A stretch of 64,000 nt of DNA from an uncultured Lentimicrobiaceae bacterium (lineage in GTDB: Bacteria > Bacteroidota > Bacteroidia > Bacteroidales > JAGONC01), in assembly GCA_964628285.1 (NCBI GenBank), contig CAZVNP010000008.1, positions 4,611-68,610 of the forward strand. The letters are read 5' to 3'. The position numbers were made by a program, and so were the translations under genes. Positions 39,512 through 49,432 of the stretch are shown here, piece after piece; positions within the stretch are counted from its first letter, which is position 1; each line of letters starts with the position of its first letter. The notes beneath the pieces were generated by a model. That model worked only from the letters and a program-made list of their open reading frames with translations, was not told where the DNA came from and did no database searches.

Positions 39512-42354
39512 TTTTTCTCAATTTGTTTGACATTTATCCTATTCTTATTGACGCTATCGGTCTCACCCAGGTATTTACGCCACTCATTACCCAGGCACAC
39601 CATTTTGCATTCCTGATCGATGCGGTAACAATCACATTCATTAAATGTTTTGGAGACGATTTTCCTCTGGCGGGCGTAATGAAAAGCACTGGAACCGGTA
39701 GCCGGGCTTCCGCTGGCAGGCCGTGATATGACCTTCAGATCGACACCTTCTGCCTCAAGGGCCTGATGAATGAACATCCAGGCTCCCATGTTCACGGGTT
39801 CTTCCTGAACCCAGAGAAGCCTCCTGGCATGATTGTATTTTTTCAGAACACCTTTGATCTGTTGCAACGGTAAAGGAAATAACTGTTCAAGCCTGATAAA
39901 GGCTACATCCTCTGCCTTTATCTTTTCTTTTTCCTCCAGAAGATCATAATATACTTTTCCTGTGCATAGGACAACCTTGATGATCTTGGCAGGATCGGCT
40001 TGGTTATCATCGATGAGTTCCTTGAAACCACCCGTGGTGAAATCGGAAAGCGGCGAGATGCATTGCGGATGCCGCAGCAGGCTCTTTGGAGTGAAGACCA
40101 CCAGCGGCTTTCTGAAAGCTCGGTGCATCTGTCTGCGCAAAAGATGGAAATAATTGGCAGGTGTGGTGCAGTTGGCTATCTGCATGTTATTCTCGGCACA
40201 CAACGTCAGAAACCGTTCTATACGTCCTGAGGAATGCTCGGGTCCCTGTCCCTCATATCCGTGGGGTAACAGCACCACCAACCCGTTCATGTTATTCCAT
40301 TTTTCCTCTGCACTGCTCAGATACTGATCGAAGACGATCTGGGCTCCGTTGCTGAAATCCCCATACTGAGCTTCCCAGATGGTCAGGGTATATGGTGAGG
40401 CCAGAGCATAACCATATTCAAAACCCAGGGCGGCATATTCTGAAAGCAATGAGTTGTAGATCTCAAAGCGGCCCTGCCGTTCACTGATATGACTGAGGGG
40501 AATGTATTTCTCTTCCGAATCCTGAAGGGTGATCACGGCATGGCGTTGTGAGAATGTGCCCCGTTGGGAATCCTGACCATTGAACCTGATGGGTGTCCCC
40601 TCCTGAAGCAAAGTCCCGAAAGCCAGTAATTCAGCCATAGCCCAGTCGATCAGACCGGTCTCTTTTATCATCGCCATCCTGTCGTTCTGCAATTTGATGG
40701 TCTTTCTGAAAAAGGATTTATCAGAAGGCAGCGTCGATATCTTTTCACCGATAGCGACCAGATCATCATGGCCGACAGCGGTGACGGGTGAGGATTCAAA
40801 ATCCTTGTCTTCGGCCTTGCGAATGTCTTTCCAGGTTTCCTCCAGGAAAGAGAAGATTTTTTCCTTACCTATCTCCTTGGACGCAATCAATGATTTCTCA
40901 AGGGTTTCATGAAATTCTTTTTCGAAGACATTCACATCGTCTATGTCAATCCCTCTCTCGTCCATGAGTTTTTTCAAATAAATTTCCCTGGGGTTGGGAT
41001 GTTTCTCGATGACCTTATACAGTAATGGCTGTGTGAACCGTGGCTCGTCCCCTTCATTGTGTCCGTAACGGCGGTAACCAAGAAGGTCGACGAACACATC
41101 TTTATGGAAGGTCATCCTGAAATCCATGGCCAGTTCAAGTGCATATACAACGGCTTCCGCGTCATCGGCATTGACATGAAAGATGGGTGACTGGATGGTT
41201 TTACCTACGTCGGTGCAATAGGTGCTGGTGCGCCCATCCAGGTAATTGGTGGTGAATCCCAGCTGATTATTAACGACAAGGTGCACCGTGCCGCCGGTCT
41301 GATAGGCATTAAGCCCCGACATCTGGATGACTTCATAAACCACGCCCTGTCCGGCAATGGAGGCATCGCCGTGAATGAGGATGGGTACGATTTTGTTCAC
41401 ATCGCCATGGTAAACATTGTCGGAACGTGATCTGACCACACCTTCCACTATGGCATCGACCGATTCAAGGTGAGACGAATTGGGTGATAAAGTCAACCTG
41501 ACAGGATGACCCTTCCTGTCGTAACGAACAGAAGTGAATCCGACATGATATTTGACATCACCCAGTAAGGTCTCATCATCATATTCCTTACCTTCGAATT
41601 CGAGGAAAATGTCTTCATAGGATTTTTTCAGTATATTGGCCAGGACATTCAGGCGTCCGCGATGCGGGTTGCCGATGACATATTCTTCGACACCCAGGTC
41701 CGAACCTTTTTCTATGATAGCATTCAATGCCGGGATAAGCGTTTCAGCACCTTCTAATGAAAATCTTTTCTGCCCCGGGAACCTTTTATGAATGAAATTT
41801 TCAAAATCAACGGCCTCGGTCAGCATCCGTAATATCTCATTTTTCTCATTCCTGGTAAAAGATGGTGTGTTACGGCAACCTTCCATACGCGACCGTAACC
41901 ATTCAACCATGCCCGTGTCACGGATGTAGACATATTCCACCCCGATCGACTGGCAATAGGTTTTGTTTAAAAAATCAATAATTTCCCTGAGAGTGGCTTT
42001 TCCGATACCCAGTTGCTGACCTGCTTCAAAATGTTCGTCAAGGTCTGACGGAGTGAGCCCGTAGTTTTCTATGGCCAGAGTGGGACTGTATTTCCGGCGC
42101 GTACGGACAGGATTGGTTTTAGTAAACAGGTGTCCTCGTTTGCGGTAATCATCGATGAGGGTGATCACCTTGAATTCGGAAGAAGCCCTGAAGTCGGATC
42201 TTTCCTGGGGTAAGACCGTTTCCTGCGAAAATTCAAATCCCTCGAAGAACCATCGCCACCCGGATTCCACCGAAGTGGGATCTTCTTTATAGTGTTCATA
42301 CAGATCTTCTATAAGGGAAGGATCAGCATGATTTAAAAAAGAGAACCTATTCAT
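39508..42354 (-). CDS. sucA: 2-oxoglutarate dehydrogenase E1 component
   Basis: 948 aa. N-terminal [38 protein letters not shown], the ThDP motif [15 protein letters not shown], and [12 protein letters not shown]. Confidence 0.95.
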   Translation of the reverse strand: MNRFSFLNHADPSLIEDLYEHYKEDPTSVESGWRWFFEGFEFSQETVLPQERSDFRASSEFKVITLIDDYRKRGHLFTKTNPVRTRRKYSPTLAIENYGLTPSDLDEHFEAGQQLGIGKATLREIIDFLNKTYCQSIGVEYVYIRDTGMVEWLRSRMEGCRNTPSFTRNEKNEILRMLTEAVDFENFIHKRFPGQKRFSLEGAETLIPALNAIIEKGSDLGVEEYVIGNPHRGRLNVLANILKKSYEDIFLEFEGKEYDDETLLGDVKYHVGFTSVRYDRKGHPVRLTLSPNSSHLESVDAIVEGVVRSRSDNVYHGDVNKIVPILIHGDASIAGQGVVYEVIQMSGLNAYQTGGTVHLVVNNQLGFTTNYLDGRTSTYCTDVGKTIQSPIFHVNADDAEAVVYALELAMDFRMTFHKDVFVDLLGYRRYGHNEGDEPRFTQPLLYKVIEKHPNPREIYLKKLMDERGIDIDDVNVFEKEFHETLEKSLIASKEIGKEKIFSFLEETWKDIRKAEDKDFESSPVTAVGHDDLVAIGEKISTLPSDKSFFRKTIKLQNDRMAMIKETGLIDWAMAELLAFGTLLQEGTPIRFNGQDSQRGTFSQRHAVITLQDSEEKYIPLSHISERQGRFEIYNSLLSEYAALGFEYGYALASPYTLTIWEAQYGDFSNGAQIVFDQYLSSAEEKWNNMNGLVVLLPHGYEGQGPEHSSGRIERFLTLCAENNMQIANCTTPANYFHLLRRQMHRAFRKPLVVFTPKSLLRHPQCISPLSDFTTGGFKELIDDNQADPAKIIKVVLCTGKVYYDLLEEKEKIKAEDVAFIRLEQLFPLPLQQIKGVLKKYNHARRLLWVQEEPVNMGAWMFIHQALEAEGVDLKVISRPASGSPATGSSAFHYARQRKIVSKTFNECDCYRIDQECKMVCLGNEWRKYLGETDSVNKNRINVKQIEKK

Positions 42355-42406
42355 GTAACAAACAAGATGATTGGATTAAATAACCCATTTTTGTTCAAGA
42401 GATAAA

Positions 42407-42441
42407 CAAAAAAAAGTCCACAAAGTTGTGGACTTTTTTTA
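42407..42441. terminator. Bidirectional rho-independent terminator between the ferredoxin gene and sucA
   Basis: Perfect inverted repeat AAGTCCACAA (42414-42423) / TTGTGGACTT (42426-42435), flanked by an A-run on the left and a T-run on the right. Confidence 0.7.
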
Positions 42442-42488
42442 TTTGGACTGTGCCAATGATCACACAGAAAAAAGTGAGCAGCAATGTC

Positions 42489-42656
42489 CTATTCGGGGTG
42501 TATTGCTTCAACGGGGCAAACATCAGCGCAAGACCCACAGTCGGTACAAAGGTCAGGATTGATCACATAGATCTCCCCTTCAGAAATGGCCTCAACCGGA
42601 CATTCATCGATGCATGTGCCACAGGCGGTGCAATCATCTGAAATTTTATAAGCCAT
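42489..42656 (-). CDS. 2x[4Fe-4S] clostridial-type ferredoxin (55 aa)
   Basis: MAYKISDDCTACGTCIDECP...CTDCGSCADVCP has two CxxCxxCxxxCP motifs. Start set at ATG 42656, because the longer ORF-track start lies inside the promoter box. Confidence 0.85.
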   Translation of the reverse strand: MAYKISDDCTACGTCIDECPVEAISEGEIYVINPDLCTDCGSCADVCPVEAIHPE

Positions 42657-42713
42657 AGCGGTTATTTTTTGGTTAATAATTGTTGTTAAGAAATATAATT
42701 CTTTATAAGCTTG

Positions 42714-42721
42714 CAAATGTA
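42714..42721 (-). promoter_or_regulatory. -7 box (TACATTTG on the minus strand) upstream of the ferredoxin gene
   Basis: Forward CAAATGTA is the reverse complement of TAnnTTTG, 58 nt upstream of ATG 42656. Confidence 0.45.
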
Positions 42722-42866
42722 TTTGAATTATTCATAATAAACCAAAAAAAAGTACATTATTTGGCCATATCTATTAACAGGCCGTTAACCCTAGTTTCAG
42801 TCACTCCAATAACAAGTCTTAATGACGAAAAACAAAAAAAGTTGGCCTGAACATGTATAAAAGATA

Positions 42867-42874
42867 TAATTTTG
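42867..42874 (+). promoter_or_regulatory. -7 box TAATTTTG (TTG at 42842-42844) upstream of korA
   Basis: Exact TAnnTTTG with a TTG 22 nt upstream. It lies inside the ORF-track N-terminal extension, so korA starts at ATG 42898. Confidence 0.5.
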
Positions 42875-42897
42875 CGGTTGAAAATAAGTCATTTAAA

Positions 42898-44754
42898 ATG
42901 GTCACTAAGAAAAAAAGAAAGGTCATTGCCCTTGAAGAAGCTGTCGTGAAATTCGCCGGTGACTCGGGGGATGGCATGCAATTGTCAGGTACTCAGTTTT
43001 CTGATACCTCGGCGTTTGTGGGTAATGATCTTTCAACATTCCCTGATTATCCTGCTGAGATCAGGGCTCCACAGGGTACCATTGCCGGTGTATCGGGTTT
43101 TCAGGTTCATATTGGCCATAAGGAAGTCAATACTCCGGGGGATCTTGCCGATGTTCTGGTTGCCATGAACCCGGCGGCACTTAAGACCAACCTTAAATGG
43201 GTGAAGCCCGGAGCCACCATTATCATCGATGTCGATAACTTTGACCCCAAACATTACATGAAGGCCGGCTTTGACAGTAACCCTCTTGAGGACGGTACCC
43301 TTGACGGATTCAATGTCGTGAAGGCTCCCATCACCAATTTGAACAAATCGGTGGTACAGGAACTTGGCCTTGACAGTAAAACCGCTGAAAAAACAAAGAA
43401 TCAGTTTGCCGTCGGCATCCTGTATTGGCTTTTCGATCGTGATCTTCACTTCGGGGAACAATTTCTTGATGATAAATTCAAATCAAAGCCCAAACTGGCT
43501 GAAGCCAATAAAAAAGTGCTGCGGGCCGGATATGATTATGCCGAAACCATTGAAACCCTGGAGTCACGTTTTCAGATCTTGCCAATAAAAGAACGTAAAG
43601 GTCTGTTCAGGAACATCACGGGCAACAATGCTGTTGCATGGGGATTCCTGGCTGCTTCGGAACGTTCGGGTCTTCCCCTGTTCCTGGGATCTTACCCCAT
43701 CACTCCGGCGTCGGAGATCCTGCAGGAATTGTCAAAAAGGAAACATCTAGGTGTTAAGGTCTTACAGGCTGAAGATGAGATTGCGGGCATCAATTCAGCC
43801 ATCGGCGCAAGCTTTGCCGGCAACCTGGCTGTCACAACCACGTCAGGACCCGGGCTGGCCCTCAAGAGTGAAGCCATTGGACTGGCCGTCATCACAGAAT
43901 TGCCTTTGGTTATCGTCGACGTTCAAAGAGGTGGCCCCTCAACAGGATTACCCACCAAATCGGAGCAGGGTGACCTGCTTCAGGCATTGTACGGACGTAA
44001 TGGCGAGAGCCCCGTGGTGGTCCTGGCGGCCTCCTCACCGGCCAACTGCTTCCAATTTGCTTATGAGGCCGCCAAGATAGCTGTCGAACATATGGTCCCC
44101 GTCATTCTACTTACCGACGGATACCTCGCTAACGGTTCTGAGCTCTGGAGAATACCCCAGGTATCATCTTTACCCTCCATTACACCACCTTTTGTAAAGG
44201 ATAACGATCCGGATTATCAACCTTACCGGCGTGATGCTGCGAAACAAAACCGGTTCTGGGCGCTCCCCGGCCAGAAAGGCCTCCGTCATCGCGTGGGAAG
44301 CCTCGAAAAGGAAAACATCACCGGCATCGTATCTCATGACCCGTTGAATCATGAAAAAATGGTGAAACTGCGGGAAGAAAAAGTGCAGAGAGTGGCAGAG
44401 GATATTCCTGAACTGGAGATATTTGGAGAAAAACAGGGCGGTCTGCTGGTCGTTGGTTGGGGCGGAACATATGGATCACTACTCAGCGCCGTCCAGGAAT
44501 TGCAACAGGAGAATAGAAAAATAAGCCTGGCACAGTTTAATTATATCAAACCGTTACCAAAGAATACGGACCAAATACTCGCCGGATTTGAAAAGATCAT
44601 TGTTTGTGAATTGAACCTCGGGCAATTTGCCATGTACCTCCGGTCACAGTTTTCAAATTACGAATATCTTCAGTTTAATAAAGTCCAGGGGCTTCCTTTC
44701 ATGGTTTCGGAACTGAAAGAGAAGTTCACCAAAATTCTGGAGGAGTTATCATGA
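42898..44754 (+). CDS. korA: 2-oxoglutarate/2-oxoacid:ferredoxin oxidoreductase alpha subunit
   Basis: FAGDSGDGMQLSG, YPITPASEI, a fused gamma/alpha-type architecture (about 618 aa), and an ATGATG overlap with the beta subunit. Confidence 0.88.
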   Translation: MVTKKKRKVIALEEAVVKFAGDSGDGMQLSGTQFSDTSAFVGNDLSTFPDYPAEIRAPQGTIAGVSGFQVHIGHKEVNTPGDLADVLVAMNPAALKTNLKWVKPGATIIIDVDNFDPKHYMKAGFDSNPLEDGTLDGFNVVKAPITNLNKSVVQELGLDSKTAEKTKNQFAVGILYWLFDRDLHFGEQFLDDKFKSKPKLAEANKKVLRAGYDYAETIETLESRFQILPIKERKGLFRNITGNNAVAWGFLAASERSGLPLFLGSYPITPASEILQELSKRKHLGVKVLQAEDEIAGINSAIGASFAGNLAVTTTSGPGLALKSEAIGLAVITELPLVIVDVQRGGPSTGLPTKSEQGDLLQALYGRNGESPVVVLAASSPANCFQFAYEAAKIAVEHMVPVILLTDGYLANGSELWRIPQVSSLPSITPPFVKDNDPDYQPYRRDAAKQNRFWALPGQKGLRHRVGSLEKENITGIVSHDPLNHEKMVKLREEKVQRVAEDIPELEIFGEKQGGLLVVGWGGTYGSLLSAVQELQQENRKISLAQFNYIKPLPKNTDQILAGFEKIIVCELNLGQFAMYLRSQFSNYEYLQFNKVQGLPFMVSELKEKFTKILEELS

Positions 44755-45788
44755 TGGATACTGAAAAGGTGGTCGAAGCCCAACCCCAAATTCTGACAAA
44801 AGACGATTTTAAACTCGACCAGCCGGTTAAATGGTGTGCCGGTTGTGGTGACTACGCCATCCTGTCGGCCGTTCAGAATGCTTTGCCTGAAATAGGCGTG
44901 GATAAAGAAGATGTGGTATTTGTATCAGGTATCGGATGCTCATCACGCTTTCCCTATTACATTAACACGTTTGGATTTCACGGCTTACATGGCCGGGGCG
45001 CCGCTGTCGCCTCAGGAATAAAAATAGCCAATCCCAGACTGAATGTCTGGCAGATCACCGGCGACGGTGATTGCATGGCCATCGGTGGGAATCATTTTAT
45101 CCATCTGGTCAGGCGAAACATCGATATTAATGTTATTCTGTTTAATAACAAGATATATGGTCTGACAAAAGGCCAGTTTTCACCGACATCACCCAAAGGA
45201 TTGAGAACAAAAAGCTCTCCCGACGGAACCATAGAATCGCCCTTTATCCCGGGTGAATTGGTGAAAGGCGCTCAGGGTACATTCTTTGCCCGGATGGTCG
45301 ATACCGAACCCCATCGGATGAAGGAGGTGTTTATTGAAGCGGCCAGACATAAGGGAACATCGGTGGTGGAGATATTGCAGAATTGCGTCATTTTTAACAA
45401 CGGCATCCACTCCTCTATCACCGGTAAAGAAGTTAAGGATGATCATCAGATCTATCTGGAGCATGGTAAACCCATGATATTCGGGAAAGATTCAAATAAA
45501 GGCCTCGTACTTGACGGTACACACCTGAAGGTGGTGACGATAGGTAAAAACGGAATAACTCCCGAAGACATCCTGGTACATGATGTCAGGTCAACGGATG
45601 ATGCACTGCATTATCTTCTGGTTAAGATGAACTTACCTGAGTTTCCTGTTGCCACCGGTGTCATTTGGTCTGTTGAAACGGCAACCTATGAAAATGTCCT
45701 CGAAAAACAGATCAAACAGGCCAGGGCGGAATCGAAGATAAAAAATGTGGATACACTCATCCATAGCGGTAATGTCTGGGAGATTTGA
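44751..45788 (+). CDS. korB: 2-oxoglutarate/2-oxoacid:ferredoxin oxidoreductase beta subunit
   Basis: WCAGCGDY, GIGCSSR, and the ThDP-binding GDGDCMAIGGNH...NNKIYGLTKGQ. Confidence 0.88.
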   Translation: MMDTEKVVEAQPQILTKDDFKLDQPVKWCAGCGDYAILSAVQNALPEIGVDKEDVVFVSGIGCSSRFPYYINTFGFHGLHGRGAAVASGIKIANPRLNVWQITGDGDCMAIGGNHFIHLVRRNIDINVILFNNKIYGLTKGQFSPTSPKGLRTKSSPDGTIESPFIPGELVKGAQGTFFARMVDTEPHRMKEVFIEAARHKGTSVVEILQNCVIFNNGIHSSITGKEVKDDHQIYLEHGKPMIFGKDSNKGLVLDGTHLKVVTIGKNGITPEDILVHDVRSTDDALHYLLVKMNLPEFPVATGVIWSVETATYENVLEKQIKQARAESKIKNVDTLIHSGNVWEI

Positions 45789-45864
45789 TCCATTGATGTT
45801 TTTTGTCAAACTGACGATTTTATGATAGTGTGCCGGAGGTTGTTCTTTGAACAGCCTCTTTTGT

Positions 45865-45872
45865 TATCTTTG
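45865..45872 (+). promoter_or_regulatory. Candidate -7 box TATCTTTG only 3 nt upstream of the tilS ATG
   Basis: Exact TAnnTTTG. Its position implies a leaderless or near-leaderless mRNA, or a chance match. Confidence 0.3.
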
Positions 45873-45874
45873 AG

Positions 45875-47254
45875 ATGATGCTTAACGCCTTCCTGAATTA
45901 TATCGCCCGTGAAAAGCTGTTTGCCCCAGGTGACAGGGTATTGCTTGCCGTCAGTGGTGGCATGGATTCAGTTGCCATGGCCGGACTTTTTCATATGGCT
46001 GGTTTTGACTTTGGCATCGCTCATTGCAATTTTACCCTGAGGGGTGCGGAATCGGATGCCGACGAGGCTTTTGTGAAAGCCTTGGCTGAGAAAATGAGGG
46101 CCCCTGTTCATGTTAAACGATTCAACACCCGTAACTATGCCCGTGAACATCATCTCTCCATACAAATGGCGGCCAGAAAGCTGCGTTACGAATGGTTTGA
46201 AGAGATAAGACATCAGGAAAGATATGCTTGCATTGCCACAGCCCATCATGGTGACGACCAGATCGAAACCTTTATTATCAACCTGGTCAGAGGCACCGGA
46301 TTAAGCGGCCTTCACGGGATCTTACCGAAACAAGGTGCCATCGTCCGTCCGTTGCTCTTCACCTTCAGAGATGAAATAGAAAAATTTATCCGGGAAAATG
46401 ATCTTGCTTACAGAACGGATGTTTCAAATGCATCGGATAAATACCTTCGCAACCGGATCCGCCATCATGTCATTCCCGAACTGGAAAAAATAGATCCTTC
46501 ATTCCGGCGATCCATCACCGCAACCATCAAGAGGATAAGGGATGCTGAACAGATATACCGCAGGAGAATGGATGAGGAGCTGGAAAAGATAGTGGTAAGT
46601 GATGGTAATACCGCAACCGTATCCATCCCCGCATTGCAGTCACTTGTTCCTATGGATGTCTATTTGTTCGAATTGCTCTCACCCTTTGGATTCAATGATT
46701 CCACCATCAATCAGATCAGGGAATCCCTGGGGTCCTTGTCAGGTAAACAATTCCTGTCCTCTACCCATCGGCTTATTAAAGATCGCGGGCACCTGGTTAT
46801 CGTCAGAAAAAAATCAGCCCTGAATAAACCCGTTGATCAACATTTTATCGATCGGGCAACGACATACCTTGATGATCCCATTAGGCTGAAATTGACTGTG
46901 ACAGAGGATGTGAGGCATTATCCGGTGACTGATAATCCTGATATCGCCGGCCTTGATTATGATAAACTGTCATTCCCCTTGCAATTGAGAAAATGGCGAC
47001 GGGGTGACTATTTTTACCCTTTGGGATTGAAAAAAAGAAAAAAACTCAGCGATTTCTTCATCGATGAAAAGTTATCCATTGTCGAAAAAGAAAATACCTG
47101 GCTGGTAGTTTCAGGTGATGATATTGTATGGATTGTAGGTAGAAGAATCGACCACCGCTACCGGATAACAAACCGCACTGAAAGGGTATATGAAATTGAG
47201 CTCCTTCCACCGCCCCGTCAGGATCGGGGAGGTCTAAATAATAACTTTTTTTAA
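45875..47254 (+). CDS. tilS: tRNA(Ile)-lysidine synthase
   Basis: PP-loop AVSGGMDS, TAHHGDDQIETFIINLVRGTG, and a C-terminal RxGDxFxPLG motif (RRGDYFYPLG). Confidence 0.9.
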   Translation: MMLNAFLNYIAREKLFAPGDRVLLAVSGGMDSVAMAGLFHMAGFDFGIAHCNFTLRGAESDADEAFVKALAEKMRAPVHVKRFNTRNYAREHHLSIQMAARKLRYEWFEEIRHQERYACIATAHHGDDQIETFIINLVRGTGLSGLHGILPKQGAIVRPLLFTFRDEIEKFIRENDLAYRTDVSNASDKYLRNRIRHHVIPELEKIDPSFRRSITATIKRIRDAEQIYRRRMDEELEKIVVSDGNTATVSIPALQSLVPMDVYLFELLSPFGFNDSTINQIRESLGSLSGKQFLSSTHRLIKDRGHLVIVRKKSALNKPVDQHFIDRATTYLDDPIRLKLTVTEDVRHYPVTDNPDIAGLDYDKLSFPLQLRKWRRGDYFYPLGLKKRKKLSDFFIDEKLSIVEKENTWLVVSGDDIVWIVGRRIDHRYRITNRTERVYEIELLPPPRQDRGGLNNNFF

Positions 47255-47277
47255 CAGCGTCATTTTCCCTTAATTAT

Positions 47278-47285
47278 TACTTTTG
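47278..47285 (+). promoter_or_regulatory. -7 box TACTTTTG upstream of dsbD
   Basis: Exact TAnnTTTG, 33 nt upstream of ATG 47318. Confidence 0.45.
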
Positions 47286-47317
47286 CACGTCAGCATTATA
47301 TTTTCAGGATAAATTCA

Positions 47318-49432
47318 ATGAAAACCCACAGGTCATCTCCGAGGTGGATTTATTTTCTTGTCATTTTCTTTTTCATTTCATTTCAGGGATTTTCGCAGAT
47401 TTACGATCCGGTATCATGGAGTTACAGCAGCAAGAAACTCCCCAATGGCGAGGTGGATCTGATCTTCAAAGCGTCCATTGAATCGGGCTGGCATCTTTAT
47501 TCACAGGATATTGAGTCTTCACCTCCGGCAACGGAGTTCACTTTTGAACCCGATAATAACTATAAAAGAATTGGCAAAGTAGAGGAATCAAAGACATTTG
47601 AGGAGTACGATCCCAATTTTGAGATGACCCTTAAATATTTTGCAGGTACAGCTGTATTTACCCAGAGAATTAAGTTACTGACTTCAAAACCGGTCACTGT
47701 AAAAGGCTCGATCAATTTCATGACCTGTGATAACACCAAATGCCTGCCTCCCGTCGATGAGGAATTTGAGTTTGACCTGAATGGGGAGGGTGAGGCTTCA
47801 TCGGGACAGGTGCCGAAAAAATCGCCTGCCGTGGTAGCACAGAATCCCTCCGTCACATTACCGTTGGATACGACTGCAAAAACTGTGGCAACCGTTACAT
47901 CTGCCGGGACTGATACCACGGCCGCCTCCATTCAATCGGTTAGTGCTGACATCACCGGCACGACAAAACGGTCGTTGCTGGGATTCTTTTTTATTGCCAT
48001 TCTGGCGGGGCTGGCGGCTATCATAACGCCTTGTGTTTTTCCGATGATACCCATGACGGTAACCTTTTTCATGCATGATAATGAGCGAAAAAGCAAGGCG
48101 CGTTTTCAGGCGCTCATTTATGGTTTATCAATAATTGTTATCTATACGGTCATTGGAACCATTGTCGCTGTGGCACTGGGTGCTAATTTCGCCAACTCTT
48201 TCAGCACACACTGGTTACCCAATATCCTCTTCTTCCTTATCTTTATGGTCTTTGCCGCTTCTTTTTTGGGCGCTTTTGAAATCACACTACCCTCCTGGCT
48301 GATCAATAAGGCTGATAAACAAGCCGAGAAGGGAGGTATAGCAGGTCCTTTTTTCATGGCTTTTACATTGGTGCTGGTTTCATTCTCCTGTACAGGCCCG
48401 CTCGTCGGTGCCCTTTTAGTTGAATCTGCCGGCGGCATGATCCTGAAGCCTATCATCGGCATGTTCGGATTCTCACTGGCTTTTGCCCTGCCTTTCACAT
48501 TATTCGCTTTTTTCCCTTCATGGCTGGCAGGCTTACCGAAATCAGGGGGATGGCTTAACTCGGTCAAGGTCGTCCTCGGCTTTCTTGAAATAGCCCTGGG
48601 ACTTAAATTCCTGAGCATTGCCGACCAAACATATCACTGGCATATACTCGACAGGGAAGTCTATCTGGCTTTGTGGATCGTGATCTTCACCCTCATGGGA
48701 TTTTACCTGCTCGGAAAACTGAAGTTTGCTCATGATACGGAAATCAAACATATCGGTGTGACGCGTGCCCTGCTGGCCATCATCACCTTTGCATTCGTCG
48801 TTTATATGGTGCCCGGTATGTTCGGCGCCCCCCTCAAGGCATTATCAGGTTATTTACCACCACAGTCAACACATGATTTCGATCTGAACAAGATCATCCG
48901 CGATGATGCCAAATTATTCGCTAATGGCGGTAATAATAATCCCGAAACCTGTGACCGCCCCAAGTATTCCGACTTCCTTCACCTGCCGCATGGACTGGAA
49001 GGCTATTTCGATTATCAACAGGGTTTGTCCTGTGCTAAAGAACAAAATAAACCGGTGTTTATTGATTTCACCGGACATGGCTGTGTCAATTGCAGGGAAA
49101 TGGAAGCCAACGTGTGGTCTGATCCCAAGGTATTGAAACGATTGAAAGATGATTATATCGTCATTGCCCTGTATGTGGATGATAAGACAAAATTGCCTAA
49201 GTCGGAATGGGTTAGATCCCCGGTTGACGGTAAGGTGAAAAATACCATTGGAAAGAAATATGCCGATTTTCAGATCACCCATTTCAATGTCAATGCCCAG
49301 CCCTTTTATGTCCTTCTTGACGACAATGGTGACCTGTTGACCAATCCCAGGGCGTATAATCTTAATGTTGATTCATTTGTTGATTTCCTTGATCGGGGGA
49401 TTACAGAATTTCATAAACGGAAAGGGCAATGA
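47318..49432 (+). CDS. dsbD: Thiol:disulfide interchange protein DsbD (three-domain)
   Basis: An N-terminal Ig-like domain with MTCDNTKC, a central TM domain with ITPCVFPMIP and FSCTGP, and a C-terminal thioredoxin fold FTGHGCVNCREME. Confidence 0.85.
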   Translation: MKTHRSSPRWIYFLVIFFFISFQGFSQIYDPVSWSYSSKKLPNGEVDLIFKASIESGWHLYSQDIESSPPATEFTFEPDNNYKRIGKVEESKTFEEYDPNFEMTLKYFAGTAVFTQRIKLLTSKPVTVKGSINFMTCDNTKCLPPVDEEFEFDLNGEGEASSGQVPKKSPAVVAQNPSVTLPLDTTAKTVATVTSAGTDTTAASIQSVSADITGTTKRSLLGFFFIAILAGLAAIITPCVFPMIPMTVTFFMHDNERKSKARFQALIYGLSIIVIYTVIGTIVAVALGANFANSFSTHWLPNILFFLIFMVFAASFLGAFEITLPSWLINKADKQAEKGGIAGPFFMAFTLVLVSFSCTGPLVGALLVESAGGMILKPIIGMFGFSLAFALPFTLFAFFPSWLAGLPKSGGWLNSVKVVLGFLEIALGLKFLSIADQTYHWHILDREVYLALWIVIFTLMGFYLLGKLKFAHDTEIKHIGVTRALLAIITFAFVVYMVPGMFGAPLKALSGYLPPQSTHDFDLNKIIRDDAKLFANGGNNNPETCDRPKYSDFLHLPHGLEGYFDYQQGLSCAKEQNKPVFIDFTGHGCVNCREMEANVWSDPKVLKRLKDDYIVIALYVDDKTKLPKSEWVRSPVDGKVKNTIGKKYADFQITHFNVNAQPFYVLLDDNGDLLTNPRAYNLNVDSFVDFLDRGITEFHKRKGQ

